Shown one piece after another: positions 24,929-32,000 of a stretch of 32,000 bases of DNA. Source of the DNA: Opitutia bacterium KCR 482 (GTDB lineage: Bacteria; Verrucomicrobiota; Verrucomicrobiia; Opitutales; Intestinicryptomonadaceae); the NCBI GenBank assembly GCA_029269845.2, contig CP149973.1:1290001-1322000 (forward strand), in the 5' to 3' direction. The notes beneath the pieces were generated by a model. That model searched no databases. It was not told the origin of the DNA and saw only the letters and a list, made by a program, of their open reading frames with translations. The position numbers and the translations under genes were made by a program. How positions within the stretch are numbered: the stretch's first letter is position 1; every line of letters starts with the position of its first letter.

Positions 24929-27900
24929 ATGAAGAAAAACAACAGCGTAATTACGGACGGCAACGAAGCGGTAGCCTCGATTGCCTTCCGCGTAAGCGAA
25001 ACAATCGCAATTTACCCAATCACGCCGTCGTCGCCTATGGCGGAGTCGTGCGAGGAATGGGCAGTTAAAGGCAAGAAAAACATCTGGGGAGTTACCCCCT
25101 CAATCAGCCAGCTCCAAAGCGAAGGCGGCGTTGCCGGCGCGGTTCACGGCGCGCTCCAAACGGGCACGCTTATGACCACCTTCACGGCGTCGCAGGGTCT
25201 GCTGCTGATGATTCCGAACATGTACAAGATTGCGGGCGAACTCACAAGCTTTGTCATGCACGTTTCGGCTCGCGCCCTCGCCCACCACGGCCTCTCGATT
25301 TTCGGCGACCAGACCGACGTAATGGCGTGCCGCCAGACGGGCTTTGCAATGCTCTGCTCGAACAGCGTTCAGGAAGCGCACGACATGGCGCTCATCGCGC
25401 ATGCGTCGACGCTCGAATCGCGCGTGCCGTTCTTGCACTTCTTCGACGGTTTCCGCACTTCGCACGAAATCAACACTTACGAGCCCATCTCCGACGACAT
25501 AGTAAGGCAGATGATTCCTGAGGAAAAGGTTCTCGAATTCCGCAAACGCTCGCTCAGAAACGAAAATCCGTTTATCCGCGGCACGGCGCAGAACCCCGAC
25601 GTATACTTCCAGAGCTGGGAAGCGCGCAACCCCTACTACGCGAAATGCGCGGAAATCGTCGCCGAACAGATGGAAAAATTCGGCAAGCTCACGGGCAGAA
25701 TCTACAAGCCCTACCAGTATGTGGGCGCGCCCGACGCCGAAAAGGTCGTAGTCCTCATGGGCAGCGGCGCGGAAACGACCGAAGAAGTTTCGGCGTTCCT
25801 CAATAAAAACGGCGAAAAGACGGGCGTTCTGGCGGTCAGAATGTTCCGCCCGTTCAGCGTCAAGATGTTCGCGGAAGCCCTCCCAAAGACGGTCAAGACA
25901 ATCACGGTTCTCGACAGAACAAAGGAACTCGGCGCGATGGGCGAACCGCTCTATCAGGAAATCACAGCCTCCATTGCGGAAGCGCGCAACAGCGGTTTCC
26001 TCCCGCGCTCGTTCGACCCCGTCGTTCTCGGCGGCAGATACGCGCTCGGCTCGAAAGACTACACCCCCGCGATGGCGAAGGGCGTGTTCGACAACATGTC
26101 GGCGGCTACCCCCAAGAACCACTTCTCGGTCGGCATTATCGACGACGTTACCAACAACTCGATTTCGTACGACGAATCCTTCAAGCTTGACGACCCCGCC
26201 GTTCTCAGCGCGGTATTCTACGGTCTCGGCTCGGACGGCACGGTCGGCGCGAACAAAAACACAATTAAAATCATCGGGCACGAAACCCCGAACTTCGCGC
26301 AGGCGTACTTTGTGTACGACTCGAAAAAGAGCGGCGGCATAACCGTTTCGCACCTGCGCTTCGGTCCCAACCCGATTCGCGCGCCCTACCTTGTGCGCCA
26401 CGCGCAGTTCGTGGGCTGCCACCAGTTCTCGTTCATGCAGAAATACAGAGTGCTCGACTGCGCGGCGGAAGGCGCGGTATTCCTGCTCAACTCAATCTAC
26501 GACGCAAAAACCGTTTGGAACCACCTCAACCGCGAGGTTCAACAGACGATTATCGACAAGAAGCTCAAATTCTACGTCATTGACGCATACCGCGTCGCCA
26601 AGGCGATGGGCATGGGCGGCAGAATCAACACGATAATGCAGACCTGCTACTTCGCGATTTCCGGCGTCCTCCCGAAGGACGAAGCAATCGCGAAAATCAA
26701 GGCGGCAATCGAAAAGACCTACGGCAAAAAAGGCCCGCAGGTTGTCCAGAAGAACTTCGCGGCGGTTGACGCTTCGGTCGAAAACCTCCAACAGGTCGAA
26801 GTTCCCGCGGAAGCTACGGCGGAGGCAGGCTTCCCGCCCGCGGTTTCCGACAAGGCTCCCGATTTCGTCAAACGCGTGACGGCTATCATGATGAGCGACG
26901 AGGGCGACAAGCTCCCCGTTTCGGCTCTGCCCGTTGACGGCACTTGGCCGTCGGCTACCACGCAGTGGGAAAAGCGCAACATTGCAATCGACATTCCCGA
27001 GTGGAATCCCGACCTCTGCATTCAGTGCGCAAAGTGCGCCACAATCTGCCCCCACGCGGCGATTCGCGCAAAGTTCTATCCGAACTCGGTTCTCGAAAAC
27101 GCGCCCGCAGACTTCAAGCACGTCGCGTTCCGATCGCCCAAGAACCCCGACTGCTCGTTCACAATTCAGGTTGCTCCCGAAGACTGCACGGGTTGCGGTC
27201 TCTGCGCGACGGTTTGCCCCGCAAAGAGCAAGACCGAAGAGGGCGTCAAGGCTCTGATGATGACCGCGCAGGAGCCCATTCGCGAAAAAGAGGAAAAGAA
27301 TTTCGAATTCTTCCTCTCGATTCCGAACCCCGACAGGCTCAAGCTCGGCGACACCGTCAAGGACGTCCAGTTCCGCCAGCCGCTCTTCGAGTTCTCCGGC
27401 TCGTGCGCGGGTTGCGGCGAAACACCCTATGTCAAGACGCTCACCCAGCTCTTCGGCGACAGGCTCTTCATCGCAAACGCGACGGGTTGCTCCTCCATTT
27501 ACGGCGGCAACCTCCCCACGACCCCCTACTGCGTCAATCAGGAAGGCAGAGGCCCCGCTTGGGCGAACTCGCTCTTCGAAGACAACGCAGAATTCGGCTA
27601 CGGCTTCCGCATTTCCCTCGACAAGAAAGAGGAAATGGCGAAGGAACTCGTAAAGAAGTTCGCCTCCAAGCTCGGCGACGACCTCGTTAAGGACATTCTC
27701 GAAGCAGACCAGTCCACGGAAGCGGGCATTGCCGCGCAGCGCGAAAGAGTCGCGGCGGTCAAGGAAAAGCTCGCGGGCGACAACTCCGCGGAAGCGCAGT
27801 CGCTGGCGGTTCTCTCCGACGACCTCGTCAAGAAGTCCGTCTGGATTCTCGGCGGCGACGGTTGGGCGTACGACATCGGCTACGGCGGTCTCGACCACGT

Positions 27901-28474
27901 TCTCGCAAGCGGCAAGAACGTCAACATCATGGTCATGGACACCGAAGTTTACTCCAACACCGGCGGCCAGATGAGCAAGTCCACGCCTATCGGCGCGGTC
28001 GCAAAGTTCGCCTCGCAGGGCAAATCCACCCCGAAGAAAGACCTCGGCATGCTCGCGGTCGACTACGGAAACGTGTATGTCGCCCAAATCGCAATCGGCG
28101 CGAACGACGCTCAGGCTATCAAGGCGTTCAACGAGGCCAACAGCTATGAGGGTACTTCGCTGATTATCGCGTACTGCCACTGCATCTCGCACGGCTACAA
28201 CCTCGTAAACGGTCCCGCCCAGCAAAAGGCGGCTGTCGATTCGGGCTACTGGCCGCTGTACAGATACGACCCGCGCAAAATCGCGCTCGGCGAAAATCCC
28301 TTCAAGCTCGACTCGAAAGACCCGAAGATTCCCGTTGCGGACTACATGAAGGTCGAAAACCGCTTCAAGATGCTGCAAATGCAGAATCCCGAACGCGCGG
28401 CCATTCTCGATGCCGAAGCTCAGGAATTCGTAAACTTCCGCTGGCAGAAGTACAAATACCTCGCTAATAGGTAG
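24929..28474 (+). CDS. nifJ: pyruvate:ferredoxin (flavodoxin) oxidoreductase
   Basis: A 1181-aa single-polypeptide PFOR. The N-terminus reads DGNEAVASIAFRVSETIAIYPITPSSPMAE. It has two 4Fe-4S ferredoxin motifs (CIQCAKCATICP, CTGCGLCATVCP) and a TPP domain (GGDGWAYDIGYGGLDH). Confidence 0.97.
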   Translation: MKKNNSVITDGNEAVASIAFRVSETIAIYPITPSSPMAESCEEWAVKGKKNIWGVTPSISQLQSEGGVAGAVHGALQTGTLMTTFTASQGLLLMIPNMYKIAGELTSFVMHVSARALAHHGLSIFGDQTDVMACRQTGFAMLCSNSVQEAHDMALIAHASTLESRVPFLHFFDGFRTSHEINTYEPISDDIVRQMIPEEKVLEFRKRSLRNENPFIRGTAQNPDVYFQSWEARNPYYAKCAEIVAEQMEKFGKLTGRIYKPYQYVGAPDAEKVVVLMGSGAETTEEVSAFLNKNGEKTGVLAVRMFRPFSVKMFAEALPKTVKTITVLDRTKELGAMGEPLYQEITASIAEARNSGFLPRSFDPVVLGGRYALGSKDYTPAMAKGVFDNMSAATPKNHFSVGIIDDVTNNSISYDESFKLDDPAVLSAVFYGLGSDGTVGANKNTIKIIGHETPNFAQAYFVYDSKKSGGITVSHLRFGPNPIRAPYLVRHAQFVGCHQFSFMQKYRVLDCAAEGAVFLLNSIYDAKTVWNHLNREVQQTIIDKKLKFYVIDAYRVAKAMGMGGRINTIMQTCYFAISGVLPKDEAIAKIKAAIEKTYGKKGPQVVQKNFAAVDASVENLQQVEVPAEATAEAGFPPAVSDKAPDFVKRVTAIMMSDEGDKLPVSALPVDGTWPSATTQWEKRNIAIDIPEWNPDLCIQCAKCATICPHAAIRAKFYPNSVLENAPADFKHVAFRSPKNPDCSFTIQVAPEDCTGCGLCATVCPAKSKTEEGVKALMMTAQEPIREKEEKNFEFFLSIPNPDRLKLGDTVKDVQFRQPLFEFSGSCAGCGETPYVKTLTQLFGDRLFIANATGCSSIYGGNLPTTPYCVNQEGRGPAWANSLFEDNAEFGYGFRISLDKKEEMAKELVKKFASKLGDDLVKDILEADQSTEAGIAAQRERVAAVKEKLAGDNSAEAQSLAVLSDDLVKKSVWILGGDGWAYDIGYGGLDHVLASGKNVNIMVMDTEVYSNTGGQMSKSTPIGAVAKFASQGKSTPKKDLGMLAVDYGNVYVAQIAIGANDAQAIKAFNEANSYEGTSLIIAYCHCISHGYNLVNGPAQQKAAVDSGYWPLYRYDPRKIALGENPFKLDSKDPKIPVADYMKVENRFKMLQMQNPERAAILDAEAQEFVNFRWQKYKYLANR

Positions 28475-28528
28475 CGGGAACCTGCGGGACTTGTTTGTTC
28501 CGTAGCAGAGTCATACTCGAAAACGAAA

Positions 28529-28565
28529 GGGGGCAGTACTCAAGTACAGCCCCCTTCCTTTTTCT
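28529..28565 (+). terminator. terminator-like hairpin plus T-rich tract (probable PFOR terminator; element B of copy 1)
   Basis: GGGGGCAGTAC-tcaa-GTACAGCCCCC (an 11-bp stem with one A-A mismatch) is followed by ttcctttttct. Confidence 0.55.
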
Positions 28566-28652
28566 CCGTGTGCCTCTCCTACGGAAGCAAACCGTTCCCC
28601 GCAGAACCCCGCTGGGTAGTGTGCGGATTGCCGAGAGGTTTGTAATTTTAGG

Positions 28653-28694
28653 GCGCGAGGTTTTCGCGCAGGTAGATTTGGATTTTTTTCTTTT
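28653..28694 (+). terminator. second hairpin plus T-rich tract (element E of copy 1)
   Basis: GCGCGA-ggttt-TCGCGC is followed, after 6 nt, by atttggatttttttctttt. The stem is short, so this is weak as a terminator. Confidence 0.3.
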
Positions 28695-28813
28695 AGGGTT
28701 GCCTGTCGGAGTGAAGTTGGGGGCTGGGTGTTTTCTCTTGGTTATTTTGCATAAAGGCGCATGAAACTTCGGGATTGTTTTGTTCCGTAGCAGAGTCATA
28801 CTCGAAAGCGAAA

Positions 28814-28850
28814 GGTGCGCAGTACGAAAGTACAGCCCCCTTTTGTTTTC
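28814..28850 (+). terminator. hairpin plus T-tract (element B of copy 2)
   Basis: GGTGCGCAGTAC-gaaa-GTACAGCCCCC is followed by ttttgttttc. The core stem is kept but the outer stem has more mismatches than copy 1, and the loop has changed from tcaa to gaaa. Confidence 0.35.
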
Positions 28851-28937
28851 TCCGCGAGCCTCGCCTGTGCGCCAAACCGTTCCCCGCAGAACCCCGCTGG
28901 GTAGTGTGCAGATTGCCGAGAGGTTTTTTATTTTTGT

Positions 28938-28976
28938 GCGCGATGTTTTCGCGCGATAAATTTTGATTTTGTTTTT
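28938..28976 (+). terminator. hairpin plus T-rich tract (element E of copy 2)
   Basis: GCGCGA-tgttt-TCGCGC is followed by gataaattttgattttgttttt. Confidence 0.3.
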
Positions 28977-29091
28977 AGGATACCTCGCGGAGGAAGTCGG
29001 GTTGCAAGAGTTTTCTGTTTTACTTTTTCGCGGGGAATCTTCTATTCATATATTTATTGACTCGAAATGGCGATGGGGTTATTTGTTTTTC

Positions 29092-30189
29092 ATGTTCAGG
29101 TTGTTTGTTGTTTACTTTTTTTTAATTGGCTCGCTTTTTGCTTCTGACGATGTTTTCAATGTGCGCGATTTCGGAGCTATTGGAGACGGCTCGGTTTCGG
29201 ACACCGCCGCCATTCAAAGAGCCATTGACGCCGCCGCAAAGGTCAACGGCACTGTTATTTTTCCCGACGGAAACTACCGTTGCGCGGGACTGAAAACCTA
29301 TCCAAACATAAAACTGAAAGGCGAGCCGAAGTGGGGCTATTCGGTTTCCTATGGCGCGAATTTGATTCTCGACGACTATTCCGCAGAGTGTCTCATCGAC
29401 ATCACCGATTCCCGAAACATTCACATTTCGGGGCTTAATCTCAACGCCTCCCGCAAGCCGAACTCGAAAACGCACGGAATCATGTTCGACAAAAAGGGCA
29501 AGCCGCGCAATTCCGACACCGACACTATAACAATCGAAGACTGCAAAATCCGAGGGTTTTCGGGGCACGGCGTCTATCTGCGCAGTGTCTTTGTTCTGAT
29601 TATGCGCCGCTGCATGATAAACAAAAATCTCGGCAGCGGCGCAGAGTGCAGCGGCTGCGATTTCTATGTCATAGACAACGTATTCGGCGCAAACGGCAAG
29701 TACGGCTTCGGCGGGCGCGTGTCTTCGGGCATGTTCACGCACAACCGCGTTGAATGGAACGAGTCTTACGGACTGTATCTCGGCAGGGGCGGCAACTACT
29801 GGAACATTGTCGGCAACCAATTCGACCACAACCACGGCGCGGGCGTTTTTATTGACGGCGTGTGGTCGGTTGCAATCAACGGCAACGCTTTCCGCCGCAA
29901 CGGCAGAAATTCGGCAAAGCTATTCGAGGGCGAAAATTCCGCGAATTTATTGGTAAGGTCGAAGGGCGTTTCCGTAGCGGGCAACACCTTTATGGCGGGG
30001 CACACCGACGGAAAAAAAGACTACTACACGCCGCGTTTCGGCATTCTTTTTGACGATTCGGAATCTTGCGCGGCAATCGCAAACACGATGCACCACGGCT
30101 ACACGGAAGCTCCCGTTAAGGCGGTAGGCAAATTCGAAAACTGCGAAGTCAAAGACAATCCGCACTCGCCGCACCCGCAAAACTACTGA
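29092..30189 (+). CDS. secreted right-handed parallel beta-helix protein (pectate-lyase superfamily / GH28-like)
   Basis: This is ORF 28963..30189, trimmed to the ATG at 29092 (MFRLFVVYFFLIGSLFA|SDD signal). FNVRDFGAIGDGSVSDTAAIQRAIDAAA is the characteristic N-terminal cap of pectate_lyase_3 / beta-helix proteins. Repeated xNxxI/V..N.. rungs follow. TTGACT-N17-TATTTG lies just upstream. Confidence 0.75.
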   Translation: MFRLFVVYFFLIGSLFASDDVFNVRDFGAIGDGSVSDTAAIQRAIDAAAKVNGTVIFPDGNYRCAGLKTYPNIKLKGEPKWGYSVSYGANLILDDYSAECLIDITDSRNIHISGLNLNASRKPNSKTHGIMFDKKGKPRNSDTDTITIEDCKIRGFSGHGVYLRSVFVLIMRRCMINKNLGSGAECSGCDFYVIDNVFGANGKYGFGGRVSSGMFTHNRVEWNESYGLYLGRGGNYWNIVGNQFDHNHGAGVFIDGVWSVAINGNAFRRNGRNSAKLFEGENSANLLVRSKGVSVAGNTFMAGHTDGKKDYYTPRFGILFDDSESCAAIANTMHHGYTEAPVKAVGKFENCEVKDNPHSPHPQNY

Positions 30190-30202
30190 TTCTGAATGGG
30201 CG

Positions 30203-30242
30203 AAAAAAAAACAAAACCGCAAGGCTGAATGCTTTGCGGTTT
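30203..30242 (-). terminator. rho-independent terminator downstream of gmhA (also faces the beta-helix gene)
   Basis: The minus strand reads AAACCGCAA-agcattcagcc-TTGCGGTTT followed by TGTTTTTTTTTC. On the plus strand the T-tract is weak. Confidence 0.7.
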
Positions 30243-30286
30243 GGGAAAGGGTTTGCGCGGGCGTTTGCATGAAGCAATCGCGCCGA

Positions 30287-30850
30287 TTATCCTGCGGTTT
30301 CCTGAACGAGGATATGAATTACTTTGATATGTATTTCCTGAACGCGGTCGGAGTATTCCGACATCGGCGCGCGGATTTCTATATCGGCGAGTTTTGCGAG
30401 TTCGCCGCCGCCTTTGCCCGTCAGCGCCACCACAGTTATCCCCATTTCGCGCGCGGTTTTCGCCGCTTCGACAACGTTTTTCGAATTTCCGCTCGTGCTA
30501 AGCGCAAGCAGGACGTCGCCTTTTTTGCCGACTCCCTCGACGTATCTTGAAAACACGATGTCGGGCGAGAAGTCGTTTACGGTGCATGTAAGATACGCGG
30601 GGTCGTTGATTGCGATTGCGGGGAATGGGCGGCGGTTTTTTCTGAACCGCGCGGTAAGTTCTTCGGCAAAGTGCGTGGCGTCGCACAGCGAGCCTCCGTT
30701 GCCGCAGGCTAGTATTTTATTGCCGCAGTCGAGGGCGATTTTCATCGTCTTTGCCGCGCTTTCGATTGCGTCGATTGTCGCGGGGTTGGATACGAATTTG
30801 TCGAGCGCGTTTTGCGCCTCTTTTAGCGAATTTACGATGTCCTCTCTCAT
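30287..30850 (-). CDS. gmhA: D-sedoheptulose-7-phosphate isomerase (SIS domain, GmhA-like)
   Basis: This is ORF 30287..30886, trimmed to the ATG at 30850 (MREDIVNSLKEAQ...). It carries CGNGGSLCDATHFAEEL, ALSTSGNS and VVALTGKGGG, all GmhA-type SIS motifs. It starts 1 nt after the ROK gene stop. Confidence 0.85.
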   Translation of the reverse strand: MREDIVNSLKEAQNALDKFVSNPATIDAIESAAKTMKIALDCGNKILACGNGGSLCDATHFAEELTARFRKNRRPFPAIAINDPAYLTCTVNDFSPDIVFSRYVEGVGKKGDVLLALSTSGNSKNVVEAAKTAREMGITVVALTGKGGGELAKLADIEIRAPMSEYSDRVQEIHIKVIHILVQETAG

Positions 30851-30851
30851 T

Positions 30852-31832
30852 TTATTTCTCCGATTGCAAAATTCCGTTTGCCGCAACAGACACCGCCGCG
30901 ATGTCGCCTATCGACTCGCCGAGAAGCGCGGGAACAACTTTGCATTTTTTTGCGGCGTTCGGCAAAGCTTCCGCGTCTATGATTTTCTGCATTTCCCTGC
31001 GGATAAGGTTTTCGGAGCGGGCGAAAATACTGCCGATGACTATTGTCTGAGGGTTCAGAATGTCGATTAGAATCGAGATTCCGAAGCCCAGTTTCCTCGC
31101 CGAAATTTTATACACTTCGATTGCCGTCGGGTCTCCCGCGTCGGCGGCTGCGGCTATGTTTTTTGCGCTCACCAAGTCCAATTCGGCGGGCGACGCGCAG
31201 AATGCGCACGCTTTGCCCTGCTGGAAAAGTTCCGCCGCCTTTGCCCTGCCGAGCTGGGCGATTCCCGAACCGCTGCAAAAACCCTCGAACGACCCCGCCT
31301 TTGCGTAGCCCACAGGCCCGAATTCCGACAGTCTGACGTGCCCGACCTCCCCCGCGTTGTCGTTTGTGCCCGCGTAGAGTTTGCCGTCGAGGATAAGCCC
31401 CGCGCCAAGCCCCGTGCCGAAGGTCATAAACACCATATTCTTGGAGCCTTTGCCCGCGCCGTAGAGCCATTCGGCGAGAGCGCATGCGTTGGCGTCATTT
31501 TGGAGGAATGTAGGCACGCCGAGTCTGCGGCGAACGATTTCGGTAATTTTAACGTTGTCCCAGCCTACGAGGTTCGGAGGCGACATTATCACCCCGCGCG
31601 AGCTGTCGAGCGGCCCACCGCAGCTTATGCCGACCGCCGAAACGCTCTTTGCGCGGGCTGCCGTCTTTTCGGCGGTTTCGAGGATTTTTTCAATCGTCGC
31701 CTCGGGATTGCCGACAATCGTCGGAAAGGACTTTTTTTCGAATATTTCGGGCGTTCCGCCGTCGGCGCGTTCGCGGGCGGCAACCACGGCGCATTTTGTT
31801 CCGCCGATATCGATTCCTATAAATTGTCTCAT
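30852..31832 (-). CDS. ROK family sugar kinase
   Basis: A 326-aa ORF with MRQFIGIDIGGTKCAV (phosphate-1), LQNDANACALAE, FGTGLGAGLILDGKLYAG and AGEVGH. The Cys-rich zinc motif common in ROK kinases is not evident after GH. Confidence 0.88.
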   Translation of the reverse strand: MRQFIGIDIGGTKCAVVAARERADGGTPEIFEKKSFPTIVGNPEATIEKILETAEKTAARAKSVSAVGISCGGPLDSSRGVIMSPPNLVGWDNVKITEIVRRRLGVPTFLQNDANACALAEWLYGAGKGSKNMVFMTFGTGLGAGLILDGKLYAGTNDNAGEVGHVRLSEFGPVGYAKAGSFEGFCSGSGIAQLGRAKAAELFQQGKACAFCASPAELDLVSAKNIAAAADAGDPTAIEVYKISARKLGFGISILIDILNPQTIVIGSIFARSENLIRREMQKIIDAEALPNAAKKCKVVPALLGESIGDIAAVSVAANGILQSEK

Positions 31833-31862
31833 AAAATTCCTTTTAGTTTAACGTTTAAGTGA

Positions 31863-31890
31863 AAATTAAAAGCTTCTTTTTCTTGGTCAA
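31863..31890 (-). promoter_or_regulatory. sigma70-like promoter candidate for the ROK-gmhA operon (TTGACC-N16-TAATTT)
   Basis: On the minus strand TTGACC is at 31890..31885 and TAATTT at 31868..31863, about 30 nt upstream of the ATG at 31832. This is a motif match only. Confidence 0.3.
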
Positions 31891-31917
31891 ACAAAAAAAG
31901 GAAAATTCGAAGCAAAA

Positions 31918-32000
31918 TTACGCGCCGAGGGTCGAAGCGCGTTCGACAATGTCAACCTTTACGATTTCCGTTTTAGGCTCAGCGGAGGGAGATGCTATGC
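31918..32000 (-). CDS. C-terminal end of an unidentified ORF entering from the right edge
   Basis: The reverse strand reads ...IASPSAEPKTEIVKVDIVERASTLGA followed by TAA (31920..31918). The GC-rich, codon-like composition contrasts with the AT-rich spacer that follows. The fragment is too short to identify. Confidence 0.35.
   Translation of the reverse strand, partial: IASPSAEPKTEIVKVDIVERASTLGA

Larger units (their letters stand above)
28478..28762. repeat. tandem non-coding module, copy 1 (285-bp period)
   Basis: It starts a few nt after the PFOR stop and aligns with copy 2 at an offset of 285 bp. Two blocks are near-identical: ttgtt(t)gttccgtagcagagtcatactcgaaa[a/g]cgaaag, and aaaccgttccccgcagaaccccgctgggtagtgtgc[g/a]gattgccgagaggttt. 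These are separated by much more diverged segments. Confidence 0.85.
28763..29040. repeat. tandem non-coding module, copy 2
   Basis: It has the same block order as copy 1. Similarity fades after about 29035, before the beta-helix gene promoter region. Confidence 0.85.

Noticed and set aside
28464-28966. Small ORFs inside the tandem module: 111 aa on the minus strand with MTLLRNK appearing twice, and 89 aa and 63 aa on the plus strand.
   Set aside because: The two repeat copies differ by indels, so the same DNA blocks are read in different frames in copy 1 and copy 2. Two of the ORFs use a TTG start. The conservation pattern is at nucleotide level, not codon level.
28478-29040. I considered whether the repeated spacer could be a CRISPR array or a MITE/IS remnant.
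   Set aside because: There are only two copies of a 285-bp unit, with no short repeat/spacer alternation. I found no terminal inverted repeats that are conserved in both copies, no target-site duplication and no transposase nearby.
1-32000. I searched for mobile elements, prophage genes, toxin-antitoxin pairs, restriction-modification or other defence systems, tRNA or rRNA genes, and compositional islands.
   Set aside because: None were found. All sizeable ORFs are accounted for by housekeeping, transport or envelope functions. The AT-rich patches coincide with intergenic spacers, not with acquired genes.

Overview
This window is a GC-rich bacterial chromosome segment with compact minus- and plus-strand operons and sharply AT-richer intergenic spacers. 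Almost all of it is recognisable core metabolism or housekeeping. Left to right: hisC (partial), a degenerate CobW/G3E-like ORF and aroC, which are translationally coupled by ATGA overlaps; rpsB-tsf; a small secreted protein; an operon of coiled-coil protein, ileS, DksA/TraR-like protein and lspA; an exported EEP-family lipoprotein; a complete Pho cluster (OprO/P-type porin, pstS, pstC, pstA, pstB, phoU, divergent from phoR-phoB); a pair made of a TAT-exported Gfo/Idh/MocA oxidoreductase and a large secreted ThuA-HEAT-discoidin protein; pyruvate:ferredoxin oxidoreductase; a secreted beta-helix protein; and a ROK kinase with gmhA. I saw no transposase, integrase, tRNA, rRNA, CRISPR array or recognisable defence genes. 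The content (PFOR, outer-membrane porin, heptose gene, ThuA/HEAT/discoidin and TAT Gfo/Idh/MocA proteins, signal peptides ending in AQ) suggests an anaerobic diderm, possibly from the PVC superphylum, but that is inference only. I do not see a convincing novel multi-gene system. Two non-coding regions are the least explained. One is a tandemly duplicated module with a 285-bp period immediately downstream of PFOR, which is conserved in patches and carries hairpin plus T-tract elements. The other is a 614-bp AT-rich gap between aroC and rpsB that contains an orphan minus-strand intrinsic terminator and direct repeats. Both are candidate sRNA or regulatory loci. Several proteins also have unusual architectures: a degenerate G3E protein inside an aroC-hisC operon, a histone-H1-like K/A-rich tail fused to a Cys-depleted DksA domain, and a PstA with a long insertion. 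Many long antisense ORFs in the supplied track are high-GC artefacts.
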